The notes: a model not told the origin generated them from the sequence alone. Positions 17,737 through 26,784 are shown, counted from the first letter of the stretch. The stretch: 42,039 nucleotides of DNA from an uncultured Candidatus Saccharibacteria bacterium (GCA_964434255.1 CAYSUL010000001.1:269683-311721), one strand, 5' to 3'. Translations and numbers: made by a program.

Positions 17737-18282
17737 ATGCAGAACGTCATCACTCCCGTCGCCGTCAATGAGCGCACGAGCCTCGGTATCCGCCCGGGGG
17801 ACACTGTGCGTGTCCACCAGAAGGTCGTCGAGAAGGGGAAAACCCGTATCCAGAACTTCGAGGGACTCGTCCTCGCGGTGAAGCACGGTAGCGAAGCCGG
17901 TGGTACGTTCACCGTTCGCGCCACCATGTCCGGCGTCGGCGTCGAGAAGATCTTCCCGCTCTACTCTCCGGTCATCGACAAGATAGAGATCGTACGCCGC
18001 TCGAAGGTGCGCCGCGCGAAGCTTTACTTCATCCGTGAGAAGGTTGCACGCGAAGTGCGCCGCCAGCTCCGTAACATGCGTATGGTCAACATCTCGACCG
18101 ACGATTTCAAGGAAGAGGAGAAGGCCGTAGAATCCGAGGCGTTAAGTGTCACCGAGGAGACATCGATTGAAGCAGGTGCGCCCGAAACCCTGGAAGAGGT
18201 TGCTGCAGTTGAGGAAGCCGATGCGGAAGTCATCGCCGAGGTCGCGCCCGAAGAAGCCAAGGAAGAGGAGAAGACAGTCTAA
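17737..18282 (+). CDS. rplS: 50S ribosomal protein L19 with acidic C-terminal extension
   Basis: [19 protein letters not shown]...[20 protein letters not shown]. Confidence 0.96.
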   Translation: MQNVITPVAVNERTSLGIRPGDTVRVHQKVVEKGKTRIQNFEGLVLAVKHGSEAGGTFTVRATMSGVGVEKIFPLYSPVIDKIEIVRRSKVRRAKLYFIREKVAREVRRQLRNMRMVNISTDDFKEEEKAVESEALSVTEETSIEAGAPETLEEVAAVEEADAEVIAEVAPEEAKEEEKTV

Positions 18283-18295
18283 TTTCAAGGCCCGC

Positions 18296-18334
18296 AAAAT
18301 ATAAAGAGCCGACAGTGTCGGCTCTTTATATTTT
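18296..18334 (+). terminator. terminator after rplS
   Basis: Perfect 18-bp inverted repeat AAAATATAAAGAGCCGAC/GTCGGCTCTTTATATTTT. Confidence 0.7.
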
Positions 18335-18362
18335 CATCATCTCTAGAATGTATATTCTGGGC

Positions 18363-19061
18363 ATGGGATTGCGAGGTCCAAAACCAAGGAGGAAGGAAGT
18401 GATATGGTCTGGTAACTTGGCCTATGCGCTCGGTCTCATGGCTTCAGATGGGTGCCTTTCTCCTGATGGCCGCCATCTCATATTCGTATCTAAAGATATA
18501 GAACAGATACACAATCTTCAAACTTGCCTCGGGCTTGAGGTAAAGATAGCTCGATTTTTATCAGGCCGTCCAGGCTCGACCGAACACTACTACCGCCTGC
18601 AGTGGGGAGATGTGACACTCTACGATTTCTTGCTCTCGATTGGGTTTACGCCCCGAAAATCGCTCACTCTGGGAGCCCTTGCGATACCGGACGAGCATTT
18701 CTTCGATTTTCTGCGTGGGCATTTCGATGGGGATGGCTGTTTCTATAGTTATTTCGATCCACGTTGGAAAAGCAGCTTTATGTTTTACTTCACTATCGCC
18801 TCTGGAAGCAAGGATTTCGTGCTGTGGCTTCAAGAGTTACTTACCCGGCTTTCAGGTGTGGCAGGCCACATCACCAGTAACCCTAGTAAAACGTTCTTCC
18901 AGCTGAAGTATGCAAAAAAGGAATCACTCGTTCTTCTGGAACGAATGTATGAAAACCCGACGGCTCTGCACCTAAAACGCAAGAAGTTGAAAATAGCTCG
19001 CGCATTACGTATAGTGGGTCTGTCGCTGCCCACGAGTCGACAAATATTGCCCGGGTGCTGA
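18363..19061 (+). CDS. free-standing two-motif LAGLIDADG homing endonuclease-like protein
   Basis: LAYALGLMASDG and FLRGHFDGDG motifs, AT-richer than flanks. Start uncertain (18315-18363). Stop codon lies inside the downstream tRNA-Leu gene. Confidence 0.85.
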   Translation: MGLRGPKPRRKEVIWSGNLAYALGLMASDGCLSPDGRHLIFVSKDIEQIHNLQTCLGLEVKIARFLSGRPGSTEHYYRLQWGDVTLYDFLLSIGFTPRKSLTLGALAIPDEHFFDFLRGHFDGDGCFYSYFDPRWKSSFMFYFTIASGSKDFVLWLQELLTRLSGVAGHITSNPSKTFFQLKYAKKESLVLLERMYENPTALHLKRKKLKIARALRIVGLSLPTSRQILPGC

Positions 19062-19132
19062 AATTGGTAGACTGGCCGCCTTGAGGTGGCGGTGCCCTTA
19101 TGGGCGTGGAGGTTCAAGTCCTCTCCCGGGCA
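19049..19132 (+). tRNA. tRNA-Leu(GAG)
   Basis: GCCCGGG acceptor stem, CCGCC-TT-GAG-GT-GGCGG, long variable arm, GGAGG-TTCAAGT-CCTCT. Confidence 0.95.
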
Positions 19133-19135
19133 CTA

Positions 19136-19173
19136 AAATGATTAGCCGCGACGTGAGTCGCGGCTAATCATTT
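19136..19173 (+). terminator. hairpin/terminator after tRNA-Leu
   Basis: AAATGATTAGCCGCGAC-GTGA-GTCGCGGCTAATCATTT, 17-bp perfect stem. Confidence 0.65.
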
Positions 19174-19224
19174 AGCCTGAATCGTGTTATAAACCCTACG
19201 TACTTGTTCGAGAATATAAGCCAT

Positions 19225-19300
19225 GGCGGCTATGGTGTAACGGTTAACACTACAGATTGTGGTTCTGTCAATTCGGGTTCGATTCCCGGTAGCCGCCCCA
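19225..19300 (+). tRNA. tRNA-His(GTG)
   Basis: G-1 encoded (GGCGGCTA), ACAGA-TT-GTG-GT-TCTGT, ends TAGCCGC-C-CCA. Confidence 0.95.
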
Positions 19301-19375
19301 AAGTAAGTGGATAGTCTGGTTGCCGGTATTTAAATAGGGAGTAGTATCACGAGCGGACCAACTAGGGAGGCTCGA

Positions 19376-19939
19376 ATGAGTCAAGAAGTGTTGAGTGAAC
19401 GCTATGTCATCGGTTACCTCGCACCGGAGCCGGTACACCGGCTCTTTGCGGGAGTAACCGCCATCTGCCAAGAAAGGCTTGGGCTCACGCCCTATCCTGG
19501 GCGGTTCGGCCTGAAGACCACGATCAAGTCTCCGTGCGCCCTCGGCTTCACGAAACGGGACGAAATCATCGAATGCATCGATGAACTCGTCGAGAAGAAG
19601 GAGCTCGTTGCGGTCCAAGCCCTTCTTGGGTCCGTCAGCCGTTTCTGCGAGCCGGAGGACGTCATCCATCTTCCGGTCGGGGGAGTGGATTTCCTGGCTC
19701 AGACGGAGCATATCCTCTCGGTCCTTGAGTCGCGTGGCGTGATGCGCAGCGAATACGACGGTGTCTCACCGCACTTCTCGTTCGCCAAGAATTTCCCGGC
19801 TGCGGTGGGGAATCAGATGTTCACGTTGTGCGCGGACGCCTGCTGCATGCGACACCGGCCCCGCATGGCTCGACTCGATCGGCTTGTGTTGTTCGATCGC
19901 GAACAAAAACGACAGATTGGTGCGTGGACGCTGCATTAA
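19376..19939 (+). CDS. 2H-phosphoesterase (2'-5' RNA ligase/YjcG)-like protein with degenerate first motif
   Basis: GGGAGG Shine-Dalgarno. LKTTIKSP at the first HxT position, PHFSFA at the second. Size and C-terminal LDRLVLF strand fit the fold. Confidence 0.55.
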   Translation: MSQEVLSERYVIGYLAPEPVHRLFAGVTAICQERLGLTPYPGRFGLKTTIKSPCALGFTKRDEIIECIDELVEKKELVAVQALLGSVSRFCEPEDVIHLPVGGVDFLAQTEHILSVLESRGVMRSEYDGVSPHFSFAKNFPAAVGNQMFTLCADACCMRHRPRMARLDRLVLFDREQKRQIGAWTLH

Positions 19940-20028
19940 GCGAACTACGCCCATGACGGCGGAAGGGGGAGGGGACTTCAGTTCCCTCCCTTTTGCTTTT
20001 ATGTACCCGTACGGTATACAGGAAGCAT

Positions 20029-20427
20029 ATGAAGCACTTCTTCGAAGAGTTCAAGAAGTTCGCGCTGCGCGGCAATGCGGTCGATCTCGCGATCGGTGTC
20101 GTGATAGGGGCAGCATTCACGGCCATAACGAATTCGCTCGTGACGAATATCCTCACGCCCCCCATCGGCCTGCTGCTCGGCGGCATCGATTTCAGCGCGC
20201 TCGGGTTCACGCTCCAGGGCGACGCGGTCATCCAGTACGGGCTCTTCATCGAGGCGTGCGTGAACTTCATCATCACCGCGCTCGCGCTCTTCCTCTTCGT
20301 GAAGTTCATCAACCGCCTCGTCCTTGTAGCGCGCAAGGAGCAGGAGGAGGGGACCGCTCCTGCCTCAGAAAAAAGCCAGGAGCTCGTCGTGCTCGAAGAG
20401 ATACGGGACGCCCTCCGCAAGGGATAG
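20029..20427 (+). CDS. mscL: large-conductance mechanosensitive channel
   Basis: EFKKFALRGNAVDLAIGVVIGAAF, YGLFI...NF, LEEIRDAL. Confidence 0.96.
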   Translation: MKHFFEEFKKFALRGNAVDLAIGVVIGAAFTAITNSLVTNILTPPIGLLLGGIDFSALGFTLQGDAVIQYGLFIEACVNFIITALALFLFVKFINRLVLVARKEQEEGTAPASEKSQELVVLEEIRDALRKG

Positions 20428-20473
20428 AAAGAACCGGTTGGGCCAGCCGTCTTATCCATTGAACCCACACTCT

Positions 20474-21148
20474 ATGCTTTCCATAAAACAACTTATCGCA
20501 GGCGTTCTCATCATCATCGTGCTCGGGGTTGGTGCGTTCATGTACCGTAACGCGATGGAGCGCCCGCTCGTGCCGGGAGGCGCGGTCGCCTGCACCGAAG
20601 AGGCGAAGATATGCCCCGATGGGACCGGGGTCGGTCGCCAAGGACCGTCCTGCGAGTTCGCAGCGTGCCCCCCGCCTAACGTGGAGGTAGCGGACGCGGG
20701 AATCGCGTTCGCGCTTCCAGTGGGCTACACCCAGATACTCGCTGGCGCCGCTAACCAGGAGACCCTTCGTATATACCAGAAGCCAAGCCTGTCCCCGGGT
20801 GTCCAGCACACCATCAGCGTTAAGCACTACCCAATTCCAGTGGGGAAGACCGCCGACGAAGTCATCCTCGCGAATACCCGCTACCAGCCGTCCGATATGG
20901 ACGCGGAGGACTTCAGTCGCTTCAAGACGGTAACGCTCGGCGGGAAGCAGTTCCGCACCACCGTCATCGAACGTTTCGAGGCCATCGTGCAAAGCTCGTA
21001 CTTCGTCGTGAGCGGGAACACAATCCTTCGCTTCGATATCGTCGAGCATGATGTGACGGATTGGATGGAACCGAATCTCGTCGTCGGGGAACTTCCGGAA
21101 CATGCCGCGCTCGAGCGGATGCTGGGAACGCTCCAGATAGCACCGTAA
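20474..21148 (+). CDS. hypothetical membrane-anchored protein with a CTxEAKxCPDG cysteine motif
   Basis: N-terminal TM helix, then ACTEEAKICPDGTGVGRQGPSCEFAACP. Confidence 0.75.
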   Translation: MLSIKQLIAGVLIIIVLGVGAFMYRNAMERPLVPGGAVACTEEAKICPDGTGVGRQGPSCEFAACPPPNVEVADAGIAFALPVGYTQILAGAANQETLRIYQKPSLSPGVQHTISVKHYPIPVGKTADEVILANTRYQPSDMDAEDFSRFKTVTLGGKQFRTTVIERFEAIVQSSYFVVSGNTILRFDIVEHDVTDWMEPNLVVGELPEHAALERMLGTLQIAP

Positions 21149-21182
21149 TCAAAAGCCCCGCAGAAGCGGGGCTTTTGGTTAG

Positions 21183-21938
21183 CTATCCCTCAAGAGCGAG
21201 GATCGCGAGCATCGCGAGCACGCCGACGATGATGGCTAGCAGCTGGAGAAGTGAGTGGCGTACCGACGTCGTCTTATGCAGCTCAGGGATAAGGTCGGTG
21301 AGCGCGATGTAGATGAACCCGCCCGCAGCGAGCGGCACGAGCCAAGCGGTGAAGACTTCGGTCGCGCCCCCAAGAAGGAGGGCAACGGCTGCGCCGAGAA
21401 CCGCGAAGAGCGCGGAGAGGAAGTTGAGCCAGAGCGCTTTCATCTTGCTGTATCCCGCATGGAGGAGCACCCCGAAATCGCCTATCTCCTGCGGTATCTC
21501 GTGGAGGATGACGGCAAGCGTCGTCGCGATACCGACCTCTATGGAAACGAGATAGCTTGCGGCAATGATGAGACCGTCGACGAAGTTGTGCACGCCGTCG
21601 GAGACGAGGATCATCTTCCCGACTGGATGAATCTCAGGTTCGCTCGCTTCGAGCCCTTGGTGGTGGTGCCAGTGGAGGAACTTCTCGAGCACGAAGAATA
21701 TCAGCATACCCCCGATGATGGTGAGCGAGAGGATGACGGGGTTGGCCGCTTCTTCGAACGCCTCAGGGATGAGGTGGATGAACGCATCGCCGAGAAGAGC
21801 TCCGGTCGCGACGCCCACCAGGATGAAGGTGGCACCCTTGATGAGGCTGTCCTTCAGGGACAGGGTGAATATCCCGATGAGGGAAAGCACGCCCACGATG
21901 ACGACGCTGCCGAGAGCGAAGAGGGTGGTAGTAAGCAT
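21183..21938 (-). CDS. ZIP (ZupT) family metal transporter
   Basis: GALLGDAFIHLIPE, LHWHHH, DGVHNFVDG, LHEIPQEIGDF, AAGGFIYIA. Confidence 0.93.
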   Translation of the reverse strand: MLTTTLFALGSVVIVGVLSLIGIFTLSLKDSLIKGATFILVGVATGALLGDAFIHLIPEAFEEAANPVILSLTIIGGMLIFFVLEKFLHWHHHQGLEASEPEIHPVGKMILVSDGVHNFVDGLIIAASYLVSIEVGIATTLAVILHEIPQEIGDFGVLLHAGYSKMKALWLNFLSALFAVLGAAVALLLGGATEVFTAWLVPLAAGGFIYIALTDLIPELHKTTSVRHSLLQLLAIIVGVLAMLAILALEG

Positions 21939-22078
21939 GGAAGGAAGGATACGTCGGGCAGAGCCGATTGCAACCTGGCGCGGTGGACTTCAGCCCCTCT
22001 CTGCCAGAAAAGACTCCGCCGAACGTCATAGCCACCAGTGATATACTCGCTATATCCTTATCAAGAATTATCCAGATT

Positions 22079-22876
22079 ATGATGAATGAAATGATGGGCG
22101 ACAAGAAGATGCGCCTCGCGCTCCTCTCCGTTTTCGTACTTCTCTCGCTCTTCCTCCTCGCGAAGACTTGGGATGCAGTGTTCGGCCGCGAGCCAAGCGA
22201 TCCGTACAACACGATAACCGTGACCGGTTCGGGAGAGGCGACCGTTATCCCTGATATAGCGCAAATAGACTTCACGGTTACCGAGCAGGGCACGACGGTT
22301 GGCGAGGCCCAGACCAAGGCGACCGATAAGAGCGATGCCGCTATCGCATACCTCAAGCAGCAGGGCATCGAGGACAAGGACGTGAAGACCGTGTACTACA
22401 ACGTGAATCCGCGTTACGAGTACAACACGCAGTCCTGCGGATACGGCATGCCGTGCCCGCCAGTCACCAGCTCACCGAAGCTAATCGGCTACGAGGTATC
22501 GCAGTCCATCCAGGTGAAGGTGCGTGATACCGCGAAGGCAGGCCAGGTGCTCGAAGGCCTCGGCTCCTTGGGCGTCCAGAATATCTCCGGACCGAACTTC
22601 ACCGTGGACGATGAGGACGCTGTCCGTGCTGCCGCCCGCGAAGAGGCTATCAAGGAGGCCCGCGAGAAGGCGAAAGTCCTCGCGAAGCAGCTTGGCGTCA
22701 GTCTCGGGAAGGTAACGTCATTCTACGAGAATGACGGTGGCTACCCGATGTACGGATACGGCAAGGGAGGTGCGGCAATGGAGTCCGATATCCGGGTCTC
22801 TGCAGTCGCTCCGACGCTTCCGATGGGAGAGAACGAGACGAATGTCTCAGTCACCGTCACCTACGAGATACGGTAA
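22079..22876 (+). CDS. SIMPL domain (DUF541) protein
   Basis: ITVTGSGEATVIPDIAQI, YNVNPRY, AREKAKVLAKQLGVSLG, VTVTYEI. Confidence 0.9.
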   Translation: MMNEMMGDKKMRLALLSVFVLLSLFLLAKTWDAVFGREPSDPYNTITVTGSGEATVIPDIAQIDFTVTEQGTTVGEAQTKATDKSDAAIAYLKQQGIEDKDVKTVYYNVNPRYEYNTQSCGYGMPCPPVTSSPKLIGYEVSQSIQVKVRDTAKAGQVLEGLGSLGVQNISGPNFTVDDEDAVRAAAREEAIKEAREKAKVLAKQLGVSLGKVTSFYENDGGYPMYGYGKGGAAMESDIRVSAVAPTLPMGENETNVSVTVTYEIR

Positions 22877-22932
22877 GAACGCCGGTTAGCGTAGTCAGCA
22901 CAAAGCCCTGCGCAAGTGGGGCTTTCTGCTAT

Positions 22933-22961
22933 TTGACACAGGAACCAGGCCGTACTATCAT
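22933..22961 (+). promoter_or_regulatory. sigma70 promoter of secE-nusG
   Basis: TTGACA-N17-TATCAT. Confidence 0.65.
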
Positions 22962-23003
22962 GCTTTTATATAAGGCCCGCGGGGCTTTTTTATTTGGAAC
23001 GAT

Positions 23004-23192
23004 ATGACCTCATTCTTCACCTACCTCAAGAACGTTCGGGGCGAGCTCGCGCACGTCGTCTGGCCATCACGCGGTCAGGCCATAACCCATACGGTCCTCA
23101 TCATCGTCATCTCCGCGCTCGTGGCGCTCCTGCTCACGGGCTTCGACTACGTCTTTACGAACATCGTGAACCAGGTCGTTTCCAGCTACTAA
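23004..23192 (+). CDS. secE: preprotein translocase subunit SecE
   Basis: ELAHVVWPSR plus a single TM helix, directly upstream of nusG. Confidence 0.93.
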   Translation: MTSFFTYLKNVRGELAHVVWPSRGQAITHTVLIIVISALVALLLTGFDYVFTNIVNQVVSSY

Positions 23193-23204
23193 CCCCACGT
23201 CACT

Positions 23205-23774
23205 ATGGACATGAAGACCCTCCCCCAGTTCTCAGAAGAAGGCGCCTCGCTCGAGCCGCACTGGTACACCATCCACACGTACGCCGGCTACGAGAACGCC
23301 GTCGAGCGTAACCTCAAGCAGCGCATCGAGAGCCTCGGCATGGAGAATAAGATCTTCGAGGTGGTCGTTCCGACCGAGAAGAAGATCCGCGTGAAAGGCG
23401 GCAAGCGTGTCGTCGAGGAAGAGAAGATATACCCGGGCTACATCCTGGTCCGCATGATCGTGGATGAGGACTCGTGGTTCGTGGTACGCAACACCCCAAG
23501 GGTGACTGGTTTCGTCGGCTCCGGCACCACCCCAGTCCCTATGGAGGACGCCGAGGTGAATTCACTCATGAAGCGCATGGGTCAGGAAGCGCCGAAGCAC
23601 CGTATCGACCTCATGAAGGACGATCCGGTGGTCATCGCCGACGGTCCATTCAAGGATCTGGAGGGCAAGGTAGGCGAGATAGACGAGGAGCGCGGGAAGG
23701 TGAAGGTCATGGTCGCGATGTTCGGCCGCGAGACCCCGGTCGAACTCGACTTCCTCCAGATCAGGAAACTATAG
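23205..23774 (+). CDS. nusG: transcription termination/antitermination factor NusG
   Basis: WYTIHTYAGYE, IYPGYILV, VRNTPRVTGFVG, MFGRETPVELDF. Confidence 0.97.
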   Translation: MDMKTLPQFSEEGASLEPHWYTIHTYAGYENAVERNLKQRIESLGMENKIFEVVVPTEKKIRVKGGKRVVEEEKIYPGYILVRMIVDEDSWFVVRNTPRVTGFVGSGTTPVPMEDAEVNSLMKRMGQEAPKHRIDLMKDDPVVIADGPFKDLEGKVGEIDEERGKVKVMVAMFGRETPVELDFLQIRKL

Positions 23775-23827
23775 GAAAAGCGCGAAGAAATTGACCCGAA
23801 CACTCATTTAAGATACATTCCACTGAC

Positions 23828-24250
23828 ATGGCAAAAGTAGTTAAGAAGATAAAGCTCCAGATCCCGGCAGGGAAGGCGACCCCGGCACCACCAGTTGGTA
23901 CCGTTCTTGGTCCTGCAGGCGTCAACATCGGCGACTTCGTGAACAAGTTCAACGAGGCGACCAAGGACCGTATGGGCCAGATAGTCCCAGTGGACCTCTC
24001 CGTATACGACGACCGCACCTTCACCTTCGTCCTCAAGGTGTCCCCTATGTCCCGCCTCATCCTCAAGGCTATCGGCGTAGACAAGGGCTCGGGCAAGACT
24101 CCGCTTTCTAAGGTGGGCACCATCTCCCGCGCTCAGATAAAGGAGATCGCTGAGACCAAGATGCCGGACCTTTCCGCAGGCTCGCTCGCAGCAGCGGAGA
24201 AGACGGTAGAAGGAACCGCCCGCTCGATGGGCGTCACCATCGGTAGCTAA
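23828..24250 (+). CDS. rplK: 50S ribosomal protein L11
   Basis: KLQIPAGKATPAPPVG, GTARSMGV. Confidence 0.97.
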   Translation: MAKVVKKIKLQIPAGKATPAPPVGTVLGPAGVNIGDFVNKFNEATKDRMGQIVPVDLSVYDDRTFTFVLKVSPMSRLILKAIGVDKGSGKTPLSKVGTISRAQIKEIAETKMPDLSAGSLAAAEKTVEGTARSMGVTIGS

Positions 24251-24262
24251 TACCGTTTCATA

Positions 24263-24295
24263 AAAGAACCCCCGGCCTTGCGCCGGGGGTTCTTT
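24263..24295 (+). terminator. terminator directly after rplK
   Basis: AAAGAACCCCCGGC-cttgc-GCCGGGGGTTCTTT. Confidence 0.75.
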
Positions 24296-24316
24296 CGTTT
24301 ACAGTGCGAGGACGAC

Positions 24317-25078
24317 ATGCAGATAATCGGCATACAGACACGGGCGCTCATCGCGCCCAAGGATTCGCTCCTCGATGCGATAAAGAAGTCGAAGCTATCC
24401 CTTAAGGAGGGAGACATTGTCGCCATCTCCTCCAAGGTAGTTTCTATCGACGAAGGTCGTACCGTGCTCATTGCAGATATTCCTGACAAGGAGCTGCTCA
24501 TACAGCAGGAAGCCGATTGGTATTTGAAAGCGCCTCGTACCTCCAAGTGGCGAAGTCGCTTCACGATAGCTAAGGGGGCAATGGCTGGATCCGCGGGAAT
24601 CGATGAGAGTAATGGCAGTGGTCACTACGTCTTGTATCCAGCAGATCCCTTCAAGAGTGCAAAGCGACTGCGCGCGTGGCTCCAGAAGGAATATGGCGTG
24701 AAGGAGCTTGGAGTCATCATTACGGACTCAATGAGCACCCCGCTTCGTCGAGGCGCCATCGGTTTCGCTCTCTCCTGGGACGGCATTGACCCGCTCCGGG
24801 ATTATCGTGGCACCGAGGACATCTTCGGTCGCATCATCAAGATAGAGCTTGCGAATCTCATCGATGCGCTCGCGGCTGCGGCGGTACTAGAAATGGGAGA
24901 GGGAGCTGAGCGTATTCCTGTCGCCGTTATCCGTGGCGCGAAGAATATCAGTCTCAAGAATCGCTCAAAGGGGAAGGACCAGCTCATCGTTATGCCCGAA
25001 GACGATGTGTTCGCAACATTCTTCTTCCACAAAAGCTTCAAGTGGAAGCGGGGAGGGAAGACTAACGCTCGAGCGTGA
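24317..25078 (+). CDS. CofE-family gamma-glutamyl ligase (probable alternative folylpolyglutamate synthase, FolC2-like)
   Basis: GDIVAISSKVVS, SAGIDESN, GVIITDS..TPLRRG, DYRG..DIFGR, MGEGAE. Convergent with folA. Confidence 0.85.
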   Translation: MQIIGIQTRALIAPKDSLLDAIKKSKLSLKEGDIVAISSKVVSIDEGRTVLIADIPDKELLIQQEADWYLKAPRTSKWRSRFTIAKGAMAGSAGIDESNGSGHYVLYPADPFKSAKRLRAWLQKEYGVKELGVIITDSMSTPLRRGAIGFALSWDGIDPLRDYRGTEDIFGRIIKIELANLIDALAAAAVLEMGEGAERIPVAVIRGAKNISLKNRSKGKDQLIVMPEDDVFATFFFHKSFKWKRGGKTNARA

Positions 25079-25553
25079 CCCAGGTATACGAGATTCCATT
25101 CTCGCTGTGGTCTTCGCGTTCGATCTCGTTCACGAACTCCGGATAGTCGGGGAAGGTGACGGTACCAGGCGTATCGTCATCGACGAGTGTTAGGTACAGG
25201 CGGGAGGCGAAAGGAAGTGCTGCGCGATATATCTCGCCGCCGCCTATGACGAATATCTCCTCGGCTCCAGACGCTTCTTTTGCGTATGAAAGAGCTTCAG
25301 GAAAAGAGTGGGCTATCGTCGCGCCTTGGGAAGGATATCCCTGAATCGTAGTGACGATGATGTTGGTGCGTCCCGCGAGCGGTCGGAACTTGAATGGGAT
25401 GGAGTCCCAAGTCTTTCGGCCCATGATGACCGGATGATTCATGGTCAGTTCCTTGAATCGTTTCATGTCGTCCGGAAGGCGCCACAGAAGATCATTGTCC
25501 TTTCCGATGACCCTATCCTTCCCGAGGGCTGCGATGAGGCTGATCTGATTCAT
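25062..25553 (-). CDS. folA: dihydrofolate reductase
   Basis: LIAA...RVIG..NDLLWRLPDDMKRFK, VIMGRKTW, RPL.GR.NI, VIGGGEIY. Confidence 0.96.
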   Translation of the reverse strand: MNQISLIAALGKDRVIGKDNDLLWRLPDDMKRFKELTMNHPVIMGRKTWDSIPFKFRPLAGRTNIIVTTIQGYPSQGATIAHSFPEALSYAKEASGAEEIFVIGGGEIYRAALPFASRLYLTLVDDDTPGTVTFPDYPEFVNEIEREDHSENGISYTWVTLER

Positions 25554-25565
25554 GGGAACAGCATA

Positions 25566-26012
25566 TCAGCTTCGGGCTCCTGTCTCATATAGGGCAGGCG
25601 ACCCGCCAGCTCGAGGAACAACGACTACGTAGTCCATGGGCTCGTCCCATGGCTGACGTCTAAGCGGTTCCTGCGAGAACTGGTCTTCGAAGCAGAACCC
25701 GATGCGCGTCCACTCGACAGGAACATGCGCGAGGAATCGGTCATACCAGCCGCCGCCTCGGCCGTAACGTGTTCCACCAGCATCGAAAGTACGCCCAGGT
25801 AAAAGAATCACCGTACTTTTATTGTCGGTCACCTTCCTTACTCGCATGGCTTCCATTACCGGATCGAGAGAAGCGCGGGGCGGAATTTCCAGTACTCGCG
25901 TCGCTTGAGGTAGTAGGAAACGTGTACGAAAATCTACTTCGGTTCGCAAGGGAACGTAGACGATGGTGAAGTCAGGGTGAGCGAGAAGGTTTTCGATAAC
26001 AGTCGCGGTCAT
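25566..26012 (-). CDS. 5-formyltetrahydrofolate cyclo-ligase family protein (N-terminally short)
   Basis: YVP..TEVD, LLPG..FD..G.RYGRGGGWYDRFL, PWDEPMDYVV. Confidence 0.85.
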   Translation of the reverse strand: MTATVIENLLAHPDFTIVYVPLRTEVDFRTRFLLPQATRVLEIPPRASLDPVMEAMRVRKVTDNKSTVILLPGRTFDAGGTRYGRGGGWYDRFLAHVPVEWTRIGFCFEDQFSQEPLRRQPWDEPMDYVVVVPRAGGSPALYETGARS

Positions 26013-26103
26013 CTGGTCGATTATAACGCTTTAAAACACTCAATTGCGCAAGCCTTCAGACTCTAGTAGCGTCACTCGAGACAACGTTCCTTAGAGGTGT
26101 ATC

Positions 26104-26784
26104 ATGGACGAAACTATGGCTAAGCCTACGGTATCCAATGGGGGAAGTAGGGCGCATAAGCCCAACCCGCTTCATCAACGAGCGGCGCGGCTCCTCAAGG
26201 GGTCTGCCTCATATGGTGATCGATTCGTACCGAATCACGATGAACTCACGGAGATAATCGGCCACCTGCGTTCTATGGGTGCGATCATCGTGTTCTCGAC
26301 AGGTGTCTGGGATCTCTTCCACATCGGCCACGCGGAATATATCCGTCGCGGCAAGGAGGAAGCGAAGAAACTGTATCCAGATGCCGAGCACATTATTCTC
26401 GTGCTGGGAGTCGATACGGACGAGCTCACTAAGATTAGAAAGGGTCCGAAGCGACCGATTGTTCCTGAGGACGAACGGTGCAAGATCCTCAGCGAGTTGA
26501 GAAGTGTGGATCTCCTCACCCTGCAGTATGAACAGAATCAACTTTACAAGGTTGTCGAACATGACGTGCGTGTCATATCAACCTCCACGCTTGATCTCCC
26601 AGACGATTTTGAGGATATCAAGCAGCAGTGCGAACATCTGGTGAATCTCCCGCCTCAGGCGGAAACGAGCACTTCTGCTCGGATCAGACTGCTTGCAATG
26701 GATGGCAAACTCGAGACACTTCAGTCATTCAAGGATCGACTGGAACGGCTACTGAAGGAGGTTGGCGATGAGCTCAATGCCTGA
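26104..26784 (+). CDS. cytidylyltransferase-like nucleotidyltransferase (TagD/RfaE-II-like HUP fold)
   Basis: TGVWDLFHIGH, LGVDTD, KG..RPIVPEDER, TSTSARI. Confidence 0.88.
   Translation: MDETMAKPTVSNGGSRAHKPNPLHQRAARLLKGSASYGDRFVPNHDELTEIIGHLRSMGAIIVFSTGVWDLFHIGHAEYIRRGKEEAKKLYPDAEHIILVLGVDTDELTKIRKGPKRPIVPEDERCKILSELRSVDLLTLQYEQNQLYKVVEHDVRVISTSTLDLPDDFEDIKQQCEHLVNLPPQAETSTSARIRLLAMDGKLETLQSFKDRLERLLKEVGDELNA

Noticed and set aside
18315-19061. LAGLIDADG ORF as part of an intein or group I intron
   Set aside because: No Hint splicing motifs and no interrupted host gene. rplS and tRNA-Leu are both intact.
26013-26103. Possible 6S RNA upstream of the 5-FTHF cyclo-ligase gene, a common synteny
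   Set aside because: The spacer is only about 90 nt and is taken up by divergent start signals.
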